Assembly: GCA_036001225.1 (NCBI GenBank)
Contig: DASYUM010000339.1
Span: 2,808 to 66,807 of the forward strand
Direction: 5' to 3'
Source of the DNA: Candidatus Methylomirabilota bacterium
GTDB lineage: Bacteria > Methylomirabilota > Methylomirabilia > Rokubacteriales > DASRDR01
DNA length: 64,000 bases
Below, one piece after another: positions 1 through 8,730 of the stretch. Position 1 is the first letter of the stretch. Each line of letters opens with the position of its first letter. Below the pieces are notes generated by a model. It was not told the DNA's origin and ran no database searches. It was given only the letters and a program-made list of their open reading frames with translations. The position numbers were made by a program, and so were the translations under genes.

Positions 1-1
1 C

Positions 2-793
2 GCGGGCGCCCAGTGCTCGCCCTGGTTCTTTTCCTCCTCCTGGCAGAACGACGGCGCCCACGAGGCGATGGGCAAGCACGTTCAGGACAATGGCTACAAG
101 CGCGTGTACCTGATGGCACCCAACTATCAGGCCGGCAAGGACGCGCTGGCCGGCTTCAAGCGCTACTACAAGGGCGAGGTCATCGGCGAGGTCTACACGG
201 CGATCAACCAGCCCGACTACTCGGCCGAGCTGGCCCAGCTCCGGGCGGCCAAGCCCGACGCCGTCTACGTCTTCCAGCCGGGCGGGATGGGCGTCAACTA
301 CGTCAAGCAATACGCCCAGGCCGGCTTGCTGGCCGAGGTGCCGCTGTTCTCAGCCTTCACCGTCGAGGAGACCACGCTGAAGGCGCTCGGCGACGCCGCC
401 GTCGGCGTCTACGGCACCGCCTTCTGGACGCCCGACCTCGACAACCCGGTCAGCAAGCGCTTCGTCGCCGACTTCGAGAAGAAATACGGATACACGCCGT
501 CCCTCTACGCCGCTCAGGCCTACGACGCCGCCCTCCTGATCGACAATGCCGTTCGGGCCGTCAAGGGGAAGATCGAGGACAAGGAGGCGCTGCGGGCCGC
601 GCTCCGCAAGCCGACGTTCCAATCGGTCCGGGGCGGGACCATCAAATACAACACCAACCACTTTCCGGTCCAGAACTTCTACCTCTATCAGGTCGTCAAG
701 GACCCGGCCGGGAAGCTCAGGCTCGAGAACCGCGGCGTGGTCTTCACCAATCACGCCGACCCCTACGCCTCCGAGTGTCCGATGAAGTGGTAG
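2..793 (+). CDS. livK: Branched-chain amino-acid ABC transporter substrate-binding protein (LivJ/LivK family), 5'-truncated by the window edge
   Basis: Open frame from nt 2 with no upstream stop. Periplasmic Leu/Ile/Val-binding-protein-like sequence (…GYKRVYLMAPNYQAGKDA…FWTPDLDNPVSKRFVADFEKKYG…). Followed by livHMGF on the same strand. Confidence 0.8.
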   Translation, partial: AGAQCSPWFFSSSWQNDGAHEAMGKHVQDNGYKRVYLMAPNYQAGKDALAGFKRYYKGEVIGEVYTAINQPDYSAELAQLRAAKPDAVYVFQPGGMGVNYVKQYAQAGLLAEVPLFSAFTVEETTLKALGDAAVGVYGTAFWTPDLDNPVSKRFVADFEKKYGYTPSLYAAQAYDAALLIDNAVRAVKGKIEDKEALRAALRKPTFQSVRGGTIKYNTNHFPVQNFYLYQVVKDPAGKLRLENRGVVFTNHADPYASECPMKW

Positions 794-843
794 TGTCCTC
801 CGGGCCTGCCTCCCCCGGACCAGGGCCGGCCGGCGGCACCTGA

Positions 844-1767
844 GTGGACCCCGTCCTGCTGCTCGTCCAGGGGCTCAACGGCCTCCAGCTCGGCGTCATG
901 CTCTTTCTCATGGCGGCCGGGCTCACGCTGATCTTCGGGATCATGAACATCGTGAACCTCGCCCACGGCTCGCTCTACATGGTGGGAGCCTATCTGGCGG
1001 TCGCCTTCCAAGAGTGGACCGGATCGTACCTGCTCGCCATCCTGCTCGCCCTGCCGGCCACCGCCCTGGTCGGCATCACGGTGGAGGCGGTCGCCATCCG
1101 GCGCCTCTACACCCGCGACCATCTCGACCAGGTCCTGGCCACCTTCGGCTTGATCCTCTTCTTCAACGAGCTGGTCCGCATCCTGGGGGGGAAGGCGGCC
1201 CGCTACATGGCCCTGCCGGCCGCGCTCTCCGGCCACGTGCAACTGGTTCCCGGCGCCCGCTACCCGGTCTACCGCCTGGTCGTGGTCGCCGTCGGCCTCC
1301 TGGTCGCGCTCTTCCTCTATGGGCTCATCACCCGAACCCGCCTGGGCATGCTGATCCGGGCTGGCGCCAGCAACCGCCAGATGGTGGCCGCGCTCGGCGT
1401 GAACATTCGTCTCCTCTACACGCTGGTATTCGGCCTGGGAGCGGCCCTGGCCGGCCTGGCCGGGCTGATGACGGGGCCCCTGGTGTCGATCGAATCGGGG
1501 ATGGGTGAGCCGGTCCTGATCCTCACCTTCGTGGTGATCGTGATCGGCGGGATCGGCTCGATCCGGGGGGCGCTGGTGGCGGCGATCCTGGTCGGGCTGG
1601 TGGACACCATGGGACGGGCCTTCCTGCCGCCGGCGCTCGGCACCGTCCTGCCCCCCCAGGCCGCGAACCAGGCCGGGCCGGCGCTCGCCTCGATGCTGAT
1701 CTACGTCCTCATGGCCGGCGTCCTCGCCGTTCGCCCCGAAGGGCTCTTCCCCGCCCGAACGGGGTAA
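844..1767 (+). CDS. livH: Branched-chain amino-acid ABC transporter permease LivH
   Basis: 307 aa with a GTG start immediately after the upstream TGA. Multi-TM permease with LivH-type motifs (LTLIFGIMNIVNLAHGSLYMVGAY). Confidence 0.85.
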   Translation: MDPVLLLVQGLNGLQLGVMLFLMAAGLTLIFGIMNIVNLAHGSLYMVGAYLAVAFQEWTGSYLLAILLALPATALVGITVEAVAIRRLYTRDHLDQVLATFGLILFFNELVRILGGKAARYMALPAALSGHVQLVPGARYPVYRLVVVAVGLLVALFLYGLITRTRLGMLIRAGASNRQMVAALGVNIRLLYTLVFGLGAALAGLAGLMTGPLVSIESGMGEPVLILTFVVIVIGGIGSIRGALVAAILVGLVDTMGRAFLPPALGTVLPPQAANQAGPALASMLIYVLMAGVLAVRPEGLFPARTG

Positions 1768-1900
1768 TTCGATGGCGATCGATTCCCGCCAGCGCCTGGA
1801 CGTCGCCGCGCCCGAACCGAAGCGCTCCGAGCGCGGGCTTTGCCCGCGCCACTCCCGGGGGGTGGCTTCGGAGGGGGGCGTGAGCCCCCCACCGATGGAG
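1768..1900 (+). other. ~133-bp intergenic insert between livH and livM with two GC-rich hairpins (1831-1849 gcgcgggc-ttt-gcccgcgc; 1873-1890 ggggggc-GTGA-gcccccc)
   Basis: Perfect inverted repeats read directly from the sequence. The insert is flanked by two copies of the livH 3' end. Confidence 0.5.
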
Positions 1901-1996
1901 ACCGGGCCGGCGCTCGCCTCGATGCTGATCTACGTCCTCATGGCCGGCGTCCTGGCGTTCCGACCGGAAGGACTGTTTCCCGCCCGTACCGGCTGA
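1901..1996 (+). repeat. Direct duplicate of the last ~95 nt of livH (copy of 1672-1767). It regenerates the LivH C-terminus …GPALASMLIYVLMAGVLA(F/V)RPEGLFPARTG
   Basis: 52 nt are identical (1672-1723 vs 1901-1952). The remaining ~43 nt differ mostly at synonymous positions. Copy 2 ends TGA-c-ATG directly on livM. Confidence 0.7.
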
Positions 1997-1997
1997 C

Positions 1998-2945
1998 ATG
2001 CCGGACCGCCTCCACGCGCCCGCGCTCATGGCCGGCTTGGCCCTGCTCGCGCTGGTGCCGGTGGCGGCCCGGGTCTTCGATGCCCCGTTCTACCTGACCC
2101 TGGTCGGGCGGATGATGATCTGGGCGCTGGCCGCCCTCAGCCTGAACCTGATCCTCGGCTACGGCGGCATGGTGAGCTTCGGGCACGCGGCCTACCTCGG
2201 CGTCGGGGTCTACACGGTCGGCATCCTGAGCTACCACGGGATCCACAGCGGCTTCGTCCAGTGGCCGGCCGCGATCGTCGCCGCCGCCGTGATCGCCGCC
2301 GCCGTCGGCGCCGTCTCGCTGCGGACGAGCGGCGTCTACTTCATCATGATCACCCTCGCCTTCGCGCAGATGCTCTATTTCCTGGGCGTCAGCCTCAAGA
2401 CCTACGGCGGCGACGACGGGATGAGCCTGACCGCCCGCAGCCGCTTCGGGGGACTGCTCGACCTCGAGGACGCCACCGTCTTCTACTACCTCGTCTTCGT
2501 CCTCCTGCTCACCTTCCTCTACCTGAGCCACCGGCTCGTCCACTCCCGCTTCGGCATGGTGCTCCGCGGATGCCGCTCCAACGAGCGCCGGATGCGGGCC
2601 ATCGGCTTCCCCACCTACCGGTACAAGCTCGCCGCCTTCGTGATCGCCGGCGTCACGTGCGCGGTGGCCGGTGTGCTCCTGGTGAACTTCACCAAGTACA
2701 CGAGCCCGGCCTTCATGCACTGGACGCGCTCGGGCGAGATCATGGTCATGGTGATCCTGGGCGGCATGGGCACCATCGCCGGCCCCGTGCTGGGGGCGTT
2801 CGCCTTCCTGGCCCTCGAGGAGATCCTGTCCGGGTACACCGAGTACTGGCCGGTCGTCCTCGGCCCCGCCCTCATCCTCATCGTGCTGTTCGCCAAGCGC
2901 GGCCTGGCCGGGCTGCTCGAGCGGCGGAGCGCGGCCGGTGGCTGA
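1998..2945 (+). CDS. livM: Branched-chain amino-acid ABC transporter permease LivM
   Basis: 315 aa hydrophobic LivM-like protein. Its ATG lies 1 nt after the upstream TGA. Confidence 0.85.
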   Translation: MPDRLHAPALMAGLALLALVPVAARVFDAPFYLTLVGRMMIWALAALSLNLILGYGGMVSFGHAAYLGVGVYTVGILSYHGIHSGFVQWPAAIVAAAVIAAAVGAVSLRTSGVYFIMITLAFAQMLYFLGVSLKTYGGDDGMSLTARSRFGGLLDLEDATVFYYLVFVLLLTFLYLSHRLVHSRFGMVLRGCRSNERRMRAIGFPTYRYKLAAFVIAGVTCAVAGVLLVNFTKYTSPAFMHWTRSGEIMVMVILGGMGTIAGPVLGAFAFLALEEILSGYTEYWPVVLGPALILIVLFAKRGLAGLLERRSAAGG

Positions 2946-3708
2946 GCCGCTCCTCGACGCCCACCGCCTGGTCAAGCGGTTCGGCGGCGTGGTGGCCACC
3001 GACCACGTGGACCTGGCCGTCATGCCCGGCGAGATCCACGCGATGATCGGTCCCAACGGGGCGGGCAAGACCACGCTGATCGCCCAGCTGGCCGGGGAGC
3101 TCCGGCCGGACGCGGGACTGATCCGTCTGGCCGGCGCCGACGTCACCGCGCTCTCCGCCCCGGCCCGTTCGGCCCGCGGCCTCGCCCGCTCCTTCCAGGT
3201 CACCAGCATCTTCCGCGACCTGACCGCCCTCGACAACGTGGCGTTGGCCGTCCAGGCCCACGCCGGGCACAGCTTTCGCCTCTGGCGGGACGCTCGGAGC
3301 GACCCGGCCCTCCGCGAGCCGGCCCGGGCCGTGCTGGCCGAGGTCGGTCTCGCCGAGCGCGCCGCGGTCCTGGCCGCCAACCTGGCCCACGGCGAGCAAC
3401 GCCAGCTCGAGATCGCGATGGCCCTCGCCACTCGCCCACGGCTGCTCCTCCTCGACGAACCCACCGCCGGCATGGGCCCCGAGGAGTCGGCGCGGATGGT
3501 CGCGCTGCTGCGGGCGCTCAAGGGGGGGCCGAGCCTGCTCCTGGTCGAGCACGACATGGACGCGGTCTTCGCGCTGGCCGACCGCATCACGGTGCTGGTC
3601 TACGGGCGGGTCATCGCCAGCGGCCGGCCGGAGGAGATCGCGGCCAGCGCGGCGGTGCGGGAGGCGTACCTGGGCGAGGGCGAGGAGGCGGGGCGTGCTC
3701 GAGCTTGA
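2938..3708 (+). CDS. livG: Branched-chain amino-acid ABC transporter ATP-binding protein LivG
   Basis: Walker A GPNGAGKTT, ABC signature and Walker B LLLDEPTAG. Overlaps livM by 8 nt. Confidence 0.9.
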   Translation: MAEPLLDAHRLVKRFGGVVATDHVDLAVMPGEIHAMIGPNGAGKTTLIAQLAGELRPDAGLIRLAGADVTALSAPARSARGLARSFQVTSIFRDLTALDNVALAVQAHAGHSFRLWRDARSDPALREPARAVLAEVGLAERAAVLAANLAHGEQRQLEIAMALATRPRLLLLDEPTAGMGPEESARMVALLRALKGGPSLLLVEHDMDAVFALADRITVLVYGRVIASGRPEEIAASAAVREAYLGEGEEAGRARA

Positions 3709-4420
3709 GGGCGTCGAAACCTGCTACGGGGAGAGCCAGGTGCTGTTCGGCATGAGCCTCGCCGTGGGTGCCGGTGAGGTGGTGACCCTCCTCGGTCGCA
3801 ACGGCATGGGGAAGACCACCACCGTGCGCACGATCATGGGTCTGACGCCTCCGCGCCGCGGCCAGATCCGGTTCGAGGGCCGGCCGATCCACGGCCTCCC
3901 CGAGTTCCGTATTGCCCAGGCCGGGCTCGGGCTCGTCCCCGAGGGGCGCCAGGTCTTCCCCAACCTGACCGTGCGGGAGAACCTGATAGCCACCGCCGCC
4001 AACCGGCGCCGCGCGTCCCAGCCGTGGACCGTCGAGGGCGTCTTCGATCTCTTCCCGGCGCTCGCCGCGCGGCAGCGGATGCTGGGCGCGACCTTGTCGG
4101 GGGGCGAGCAGCAGATGCTCGCGATCGCCCGGGCGCTCATGACCAACCCCCGTCTTCTCATCCTGGACGAGGCGACCGAAGGGCTGGCCCCGCTGATCCG
4201 GGCCGAGATCTGGCGGTGTGTGACCGCGCTCAAGGCCGGCGGGCAGGCCATCCTGCTGATCGACAAGAACGTGGACGCGCTGACCCGGATCGCCGAGCGC
4301 CACTACATCATCGAAAAGGGGCGGGTGGTGTGGACGGGCACCTCGACCCAGCTCCGCGCCGACGAGGGCATCCGGCACCGCTACCTGGGCCTGACGCGGG
4401 AACTCCGGCCCGGGTCCTGA
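3695..4420 (+). CDS. livF: Branched-chain amino-acid ABC transporter ATP-binding protein LivF
   Basis: Walker A GRNGMGKTT, LSGGEQQ and ILDEAT motifs. Overlaps livG. Confidence 0.9.
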   Translation: MLELEGVETCYGESQVLFGMSLAVGAGEVVTLLGRNGMGKTTTVRTIMGLTPPRRGQIRFEGRPIHGLPEFRIAQAGLGLVPEGRQVFPNLTVRENLIATAANRRRASQPWTVEGVFDLFPALAARQRMLGATLSGGEQQMLAIARALMTNPRLLILDEATEGLAPLIRAEIWRCVTALKAGGQAILLIDKNVDALTRIAERHYIIEKGRVVWTGTSTQLRADEGIRHRYLGLTRELRPGS

Positions 4421-4683
4421 TCGTCACCGCGGCCCGTTTCCCGCCCGTCCCGAGGAATCTCTGGGGCGCCGCTCCGTCTCCGGAAGCATCGCGCTCACTT
4501 CGCCGAGCGCCCACAGCGCGAGGTGACACTCGGTCTCGATGATCTGAGCCACGCGCTCGACGACCGGCGCCCGCGCGGTCCGGCGGAGACCGCGAGCGAG
4601 GCGGCGCAGCTCGCGCAGCCGACGCACGATGCCGGCCCGGTCGCTGGCCGGGCGGGACGCCCGCGGGCGCCGGGCGCGCCGCG

Positions 4684-6057
4684 TCACGCGTCTCGTTGCC
4701 ATCGGTGCCCGGGCGGCCGGTGATCGAAGAACCGCTTCGCCTTCAGCTCGTAGCGGGGCAGGCTCCGGCCCGGCAGCACCTCGACGCCGATCGTCACCCC
4801 GATCGCCTCCTTGAGGACGCGCTCGGCCTCCGCCCGCAGCGCCGGGTAGGCGGTCGCGGCCACCTCCGGCCGCGCCTCCGCCTTGACCGTGACCGCGTCG
4901 TTCGACGCCTCCCACGTCACGTGCACCTCGTAGTGCTCGGAGAGCCCGGCCACCTCGTGGAGGAGCGCCTCCACCGCCGACGGATACACGTTGACGCCCT
5001 TGACGATGATCATGTGGTCGGTGCGGCCGAGGACCCCCCCGGGGTAGCCGGTCCAGGTGGTCCCGCACCCGCAGGGCGCCTGCGTCCAGCGGACGAGGTC
5101 GTGGGTCCGGTACTTGATGAGCGGCTGGCCGTGCTGGAGGTAGGAGGTGACGATGTGCTCGCCCACCTCGCCGTCGGGGACCCGGCGATCCTCCCGGTCC
5201 ACCACCAGCGCGTGGTACCAGTCCTCGCAGAGGTGGACGCGGTCGGCGAGCGGACAGCCGGGGTTGGTCGGGCCCAGCTCGGCGATCCCGTACAGCTCGT
5301 AGACCCGGGCTCCCCACAGCTCGGCGATGGCCTCTCGGGTGGTGGGGATGGAGCCGCCCGGTTCGCCCGACACGATCACGATCGAGACCCCGCTCTGGCG
5401 GAGGTCCACGTTCATCTGGCGCGCGACCTCGCCGAGGTAGAGGGCATAGGTCGGGGTGACGACCACGACGTCCGGCCGATAGGCGAGGAGCTGGTTGATG
5501 CGTCCCTTGGAATCGAGGCCCCCGCCCGAGATCACGGTGCCGCCGAGGCGCCGCACGCCCATGTAGGCGCTCCAGAAGGCGGCGAAGATCCCCCAGTGGA
5601 ACGGGAAGTAGAAGCTGTGCCGGGGCCGGAGACCGATCCCCCAGTAGAGGTAGACCCACGACTCGCCCCACAGGAGCGACGAGTAGTAGGTGAGCGGGAT
5701 GTGGAGCGGCACCCCGGTGGAACCCGAGGTCTGGAAGCGGTGGAGGAAGAAGTCCTCGGGAACGGCCAGCGCCTCGCCGAACGGCGGGCCGGCGGCCTGG
5801 GCCTCCAGGATCTCCTGCTTGTCGATGATGGGCAGCCGCTTCTCGAAGTCGTCCATCGTCCGGATCTGCGCGGGCCGCACCTTCGCCCGGTCGAGGAGCC
5901 GCCGGTACATGGGGCTGCGGGCGTAGGCGTAGCGGATCAGCGCCTGGAGCTTCCGGAGGTGGAGGCGGTCCAGCTCGGCCCGGGACAGCGTCTGCGTGTA
6001 GGGGTTCCAGAATCGCGCGCCGAGGGTCTGGTCCCTGAAGAGCGCGAGCGGCTTCAT
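4684..6057 (-). CDS. Phenylacetate-CoA ligase family protein (PaaK / coenzyme F390 synthetase-like adenylate-forming enzyme)
   Basis: The real start is ATG 6055-6057 (MKPLALFRDQ…), preceded by an RBS-like sequence. The upstream 220 aa of the 680-aa ORF in the track are Arg-rich junk. PaaK-like motifs are present (FQTSGSTGVP, YGIAELGP). Confidence 0.8.
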   Translation of the reverse strand: MKPLALFRDQTLGARFWNPYTQTLSRAELDRLHLRKLQALIRYAYARSPMYRRLLDRAKVRPAQIRTMDDFEKRLPIIDKQEILEAQAAGPPFGEALAVPEDFFLHRFQTSGSTGVPLHIPLTYYSSLLWGESWVYLYWGIGLRPRHSFYFPFHWGIFAAFWSAYMGVRRLGGTVISGGGLDSKGRINQLLAYRPDVVVVTPTYALYLGEVARQMNVDLRQSGVSIVIVSGEPGGSIPTTREAIAELWGARVYELYGIAELGPTNPGCPLADRVHLCEDWYHALVVDREDRRVPDGEVGEHIVTSYLQHGQPLIKYRTHDLVRWTQAPCGCGTTWTGYPGGVLGRTDHMIIVKGVNVYPSAVEALLHEVAGLSEHYEVHVTWEASNDAVTVKAEARPEVAATAYPALRAEAERVLKEAIGVTIGVEVLPGRSLPRYELKAKRFFDHRPPGHRWQRDA

Positions 6058-6083
6058 CGCCGGCCGCGCGCCGGGCCGGGCGC

Positions 6084-7046
6084 TCACACCGAGATGCCCC
6101 ACAGGTGCTTGGTCACGATGCCGATGGCGTAGGTGATCCCGACCGCGGCGGCGATGATGACGAGGTTGGTGACGATCCGCCGCCGGATGTTCATGCCGGA
6201 GAGGAACGCCAGCACCAGCGAGACCACGATGATGAGGCTCCCCGCGGCGAGGAGCGAGGGCAGCGCGTTCCGGGCGCCGATCAGGACGGGCAGCACCGGG
6301 ACCAGCGCGCCGGCGAAGTAGCTGGCGCCGATGAGCCCCGCCGACGCCAGCGGGGGCTCGCCGGCGACCTCGGCCGACCCGGCGGTGCCCAGAAACCGCC
6401 GCCGCTCGACCTCGGTCTGCCGCACCTCGGCTTCCGAGCTGGCCGCGACGTAGGCGCCGGCCGCCATCGACAGCGACCCGGCGACGGCGACGGTCGAGCC
6501 GGCGATCAGCACGGTGGCGGCGTCTCCGAAGGCGCCGAAGAAACCGCTGACCGCCCCCAGGATCTCCACCAGCCCATCGTTGAGCCCGAAGAAGATGTTG
6601 CGGATCCGCTCCGGGTTGATCCGGCGCTCGGCCATCCGGGTCACCACGGCGTCCTCGTGCTGGAACTCGTCCTCCAGGATCCCCCGCACGGCACCGCCGA
6701 GCGGGCCGTCCCGATATGCCTCCCACAGGGACAGGTACTTCCGCACCCCGTAGACCTCGATCGCCTCCAGGACCAGGTGCACGGCCGGTGCCCCGAAGAC
6801 GCGACAGATCAGCGTGATCAGCGCGAGCTTCAGGCGGCGGCCGACATCGAGGGTCGCGAGCTTGAGGCCGAAGAACTCCTGCCAGAAGGCGAAGTGCCGC
6901 GTCTCGACCTGGATCAGCTCGTCCAGCATCGCCTGGAGGTCGCCGGACGTGACCTCGCGCAGCGTCCGGTAGAGCGAGAGGTCGAACAGCTCATCGAGGA
7001 TGAGCGTGCGGGCGAGCCGATCGTCGGCGGGGTGGCCGGGAGGCAT
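6084..7046 (-). CDS. MbfA-like membrane protein: N-terminal erythrin/ferritin-like domain fused to a VIT1/CCC1 iron/manganese transporter domain
   Basis: N-terminal di-iron-like ExxH motifs (EAIEVYGV…, ILEDEFQHED). The C-terminal half is hydrophobic and VIT1-like (IFFGLNDGLVEILGAVSG…). Confidence 0.7.
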   Translation of the reverse strand: MPPGHPADDRLARTLILDELFDLSLYRTLREVTSGDLQAMLDELIQVETRHFAFWQEFFGLKLATLDVGRRLKLALITLICRVFGAPAVHLVLEAIEVYGVRKYLSLWEAYRDGPLGGAVRGILEDEFQHEDAVVTRMAERRINPERIRNIFFGLNDGLVEILGAVSGFFGAFGDAATVLIAGSTVAVAGSLSMAAGAYVAASSEAEVRQTEVERRRFLGTAGSAEVAGEPPLASAGLIGASYFAGALVPVLPVLIGARNALPSLLAAGSLIIVVSLVLAFLSGMNIRRRIVTNLVIIAAAVGITYAIGIVTKHLWGISV

Positions 7047-7055
7047 GCCCTCCGA

Positions 7056-8627
7056 CTATAGCAGGCCCGCCGGCGCCAGGGGGCGCGCGGTCCGGTAGAG
7101 CGCGCGCGCGCAGGCGCCCACGCCGAGGCACCACACGGCCAGGCGGACCAGCGACCCGAGCCAGGGCAGCTCACCGGCCACGGCCAGCACGAGCAGCCCC
7201 AGCCCCAGCGCCGGCAGCGATCCCCACGCGCTCGGGCCGGCGGGGCGAAGAAGCGCCCGCCCGATGAACGTGCCGACGACGATCTTCGCCGTGTAGAGCG
7301 CGGTGAGGTAGAGGGCGGCGCCGATCAGCGCCAGCGGCAGACCGACCAGCGTAGCGGCCAGCAGGAGCACCGCCAGAGGCCCGCCGACGAGGACGGCCGC
7401 GCCCAGCGGCAGGCTCCGCGACCAGTCCCCCACCGCCCCCACGCTCGCCTGGAAGAAGCGGGGGACGAGCGCGAGGGCCAGGTAGCCGAGGAGGGCGGCG
7501 CCGAAGAGGTGGACGCCGAGCCAGAAGTAGACGCGCGGCTCGGCGTACACGGCGCTCCCGGCGGGCACCGGCCGGATCGTACGCTGCCCGCCGACGGCGA
7601 CGGCCGGATCGAGCGCCGCGGCGCCGCTTTCGACCTGGGCGGTCAGGTCGCCCCCGACCCGGCCCGGGGGCGCCAGCACGAGCCGGTGCGCCCGCACGGT
7701 CAGGTGCCGGCCGACCGACCCGGCGATCCGCGCCGTCTCGCCGAATACCCACACGCTCCGGCCGACGGCGCCCTCGACGTCGAGGCCGCGTCCGACCAGG
7801 CTCAGGTCGCCGTCCACGGCCGACCCCTCGGCCAGCCCGGTCGCGCGATTGACGCCGTAGAGGCTGCGCGCGACCCGGCCCCGGATCCGCACGCTCCCGG
7901 CGAACGAGTAGACGTTGCCGTCCACGGTCCCCCCGATCTCGACGGTGGCCGCCGCCGCGACGAGGTCGCCGCGGATCGCGCCGCGCACCTCCACCCGCCG
8001 GGCGGCGACGATGAGGTCGCCGTCCACGGTGCCGTCGATGCGAATCGTCTCGCCCCAGGCGACCAGGGTCCCCTCGGTCGTCCGGTCGCCCGGAACCGTG
8101 ACCTCGCCGCCGCTGCGGGTCTCGATCCCGAGCGCCGCCGCCGGCAGCCCGGCCAGGACGCCGAGGACCAGCAGCCCGACGATGTGCCGGGCCGGCCGCC
8201 GGACGATGAGCGCGAGGCCGGCCAGCGCGAGCGCCGCCATCGTGGCAACCGCGGCGACCGTCACCGCCGAGGCCACGGTCCCCGCGTTCAGGGCCAGGGC
8301 CAGCCCCAGGTCGAAGGCCAGGCTCCACCAGTCGAGGCCGGCGAGCGGTCTCGGGCGGGCCACGCCGCCGGCGAGCCAGAGCGCGGCGACCAGCGCCGCC
8401 GCGACCGCCACAGCGACCAGTCGCCAGTGGTCCGTCGCCGGCGCGATGGCCGGCGCCGCCTCCTCCGCGAGGACGGTGGCGAGCAGGCGGTTCTCCGCCT
8501 CCAGGCCGCCCAGGAGTCGCCGGCAGCGCGGGCAGCCCGCCAGGTGCCGCTCGACGTCGCGGGCCTCGTCGGCCGGCAGCTCGCGGTCGGCGTACATCGC
8601 GTAGGTCAGCTCGGAAAAGCAGCTCAT
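7056..8627 (-). CDS. Anti-sigma factor: N-terminal zf-HC2 zinc finger, a transmembrane region and bactofilin-like (polymer-forming/DUF4097-type) beta-repeats
   Basis: N-terminus MSCFSELTYAMYADRELP…HLAGCPRCRR. Repeats follow, such as TVDGDLIVAARRVEVRGAIRGDLVAAAATVEIGGTVDGNVY. It sits directly downstream of the ECF sigma gene. The start could equally be the ATG at 8642. Confidence 0.7.
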   Translation of the reverse strand: MSCFSELTYAMYADRELPADEARDVERHLAGCPRCRRLLGGLEAENRLLATVLAEEAAPAIAPATDHWRLVAVAVAAALVAALWLAGGVARPRPLAGLDWWSLAFDLGLALALNAGTVASAVTVAAVATMAALALAGLALIVRRPARHIVGLLVLGVLAGLPAAALGIETRSGGEVTVPGDRTTEGTLVAWGETIRIDGTVDGDLIVAARRVEVRGAIRGDLVAAAATVEIGGTVDGNVYSFAGSVRIRGRVARSLYGVNRATGLAEGSAVDGDLSLVGRGLDVEGAVGRSVWVFGETARIAGSVGRHLTVRAHRLVLAPPGRVGGDLTAQVESGAAALDPAVAVGGQRTIRPVPAGSAVYAEPRVYFWLGVHLFGAALLGYLALALVPRFFQASVGAVGDWSRSLPLGAAVLVGGPLAVLLLAATLVGLPLALIGAALYLTALYTAKIVVGTFIGRALLRPAGPSAWGSLPALGLGLLVLAVAGELPWLGSLVRLAVWCLGVGACARALYRTARPLAPAGLL

Positions 8628-8730
8628 CGGGTCCACCCCCACCCCCGTCCCCTCCCCACCCGCCGGGGGGAGGGGTGGGTCCCTACGCGCGAGCCCCTCA
8701 CTCGACGGTGCTCCCGGCTCTCACCACGTT

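Noticed and set aside
13-843. 276-aa ORF in frame 1 overlapping the livK fragment
   Set aside because: It has Arg/Gly-rich low-complexity sequence. The overlapping frame-2 ORF has clear periplasmic-binding-protein homology.
1772-1996. 74-aa ORF (MAIDSRQRLD…GPALASMLIYVLMAGVLAFRPEGLFPARTG) between livH and livM
   Set aside because: Its C-terminal 31 residues are simply the duplicated livH 3' end, and the N-terminal part has no features. It is most parsimoniously a by-product of the insertion or duplication rather than an independent gene. A short fused product cannot be excluded.
4424-4704. 93-aa Arg-rich ORF (MATRRVTRRARRP…) in the convergent gap between livF and the PaaK-like gene
   Set aside because: It overlaps the PaaK-like 3' end, has extreme Arg content and low complexity, and shows no RBS or domain. 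It is probably a GC artefact.
7171-8328. Long Arg/Gly/Pro-rich ORFs on the strand opposite to real genes, or in alternative frames. Examples: 7171-8328, 7509-8822, 10421-13045, 16566-17279, 22339-24630, 25715-26818, 29450-31267, 38261-39655.
   Set aside because: These are typical stop-codon-poor shadow ORFs of ~70% GC DNA. They have low-complexity composition and no recognisable domains, and each overlaps a well-supported gene on the other strand or frame.
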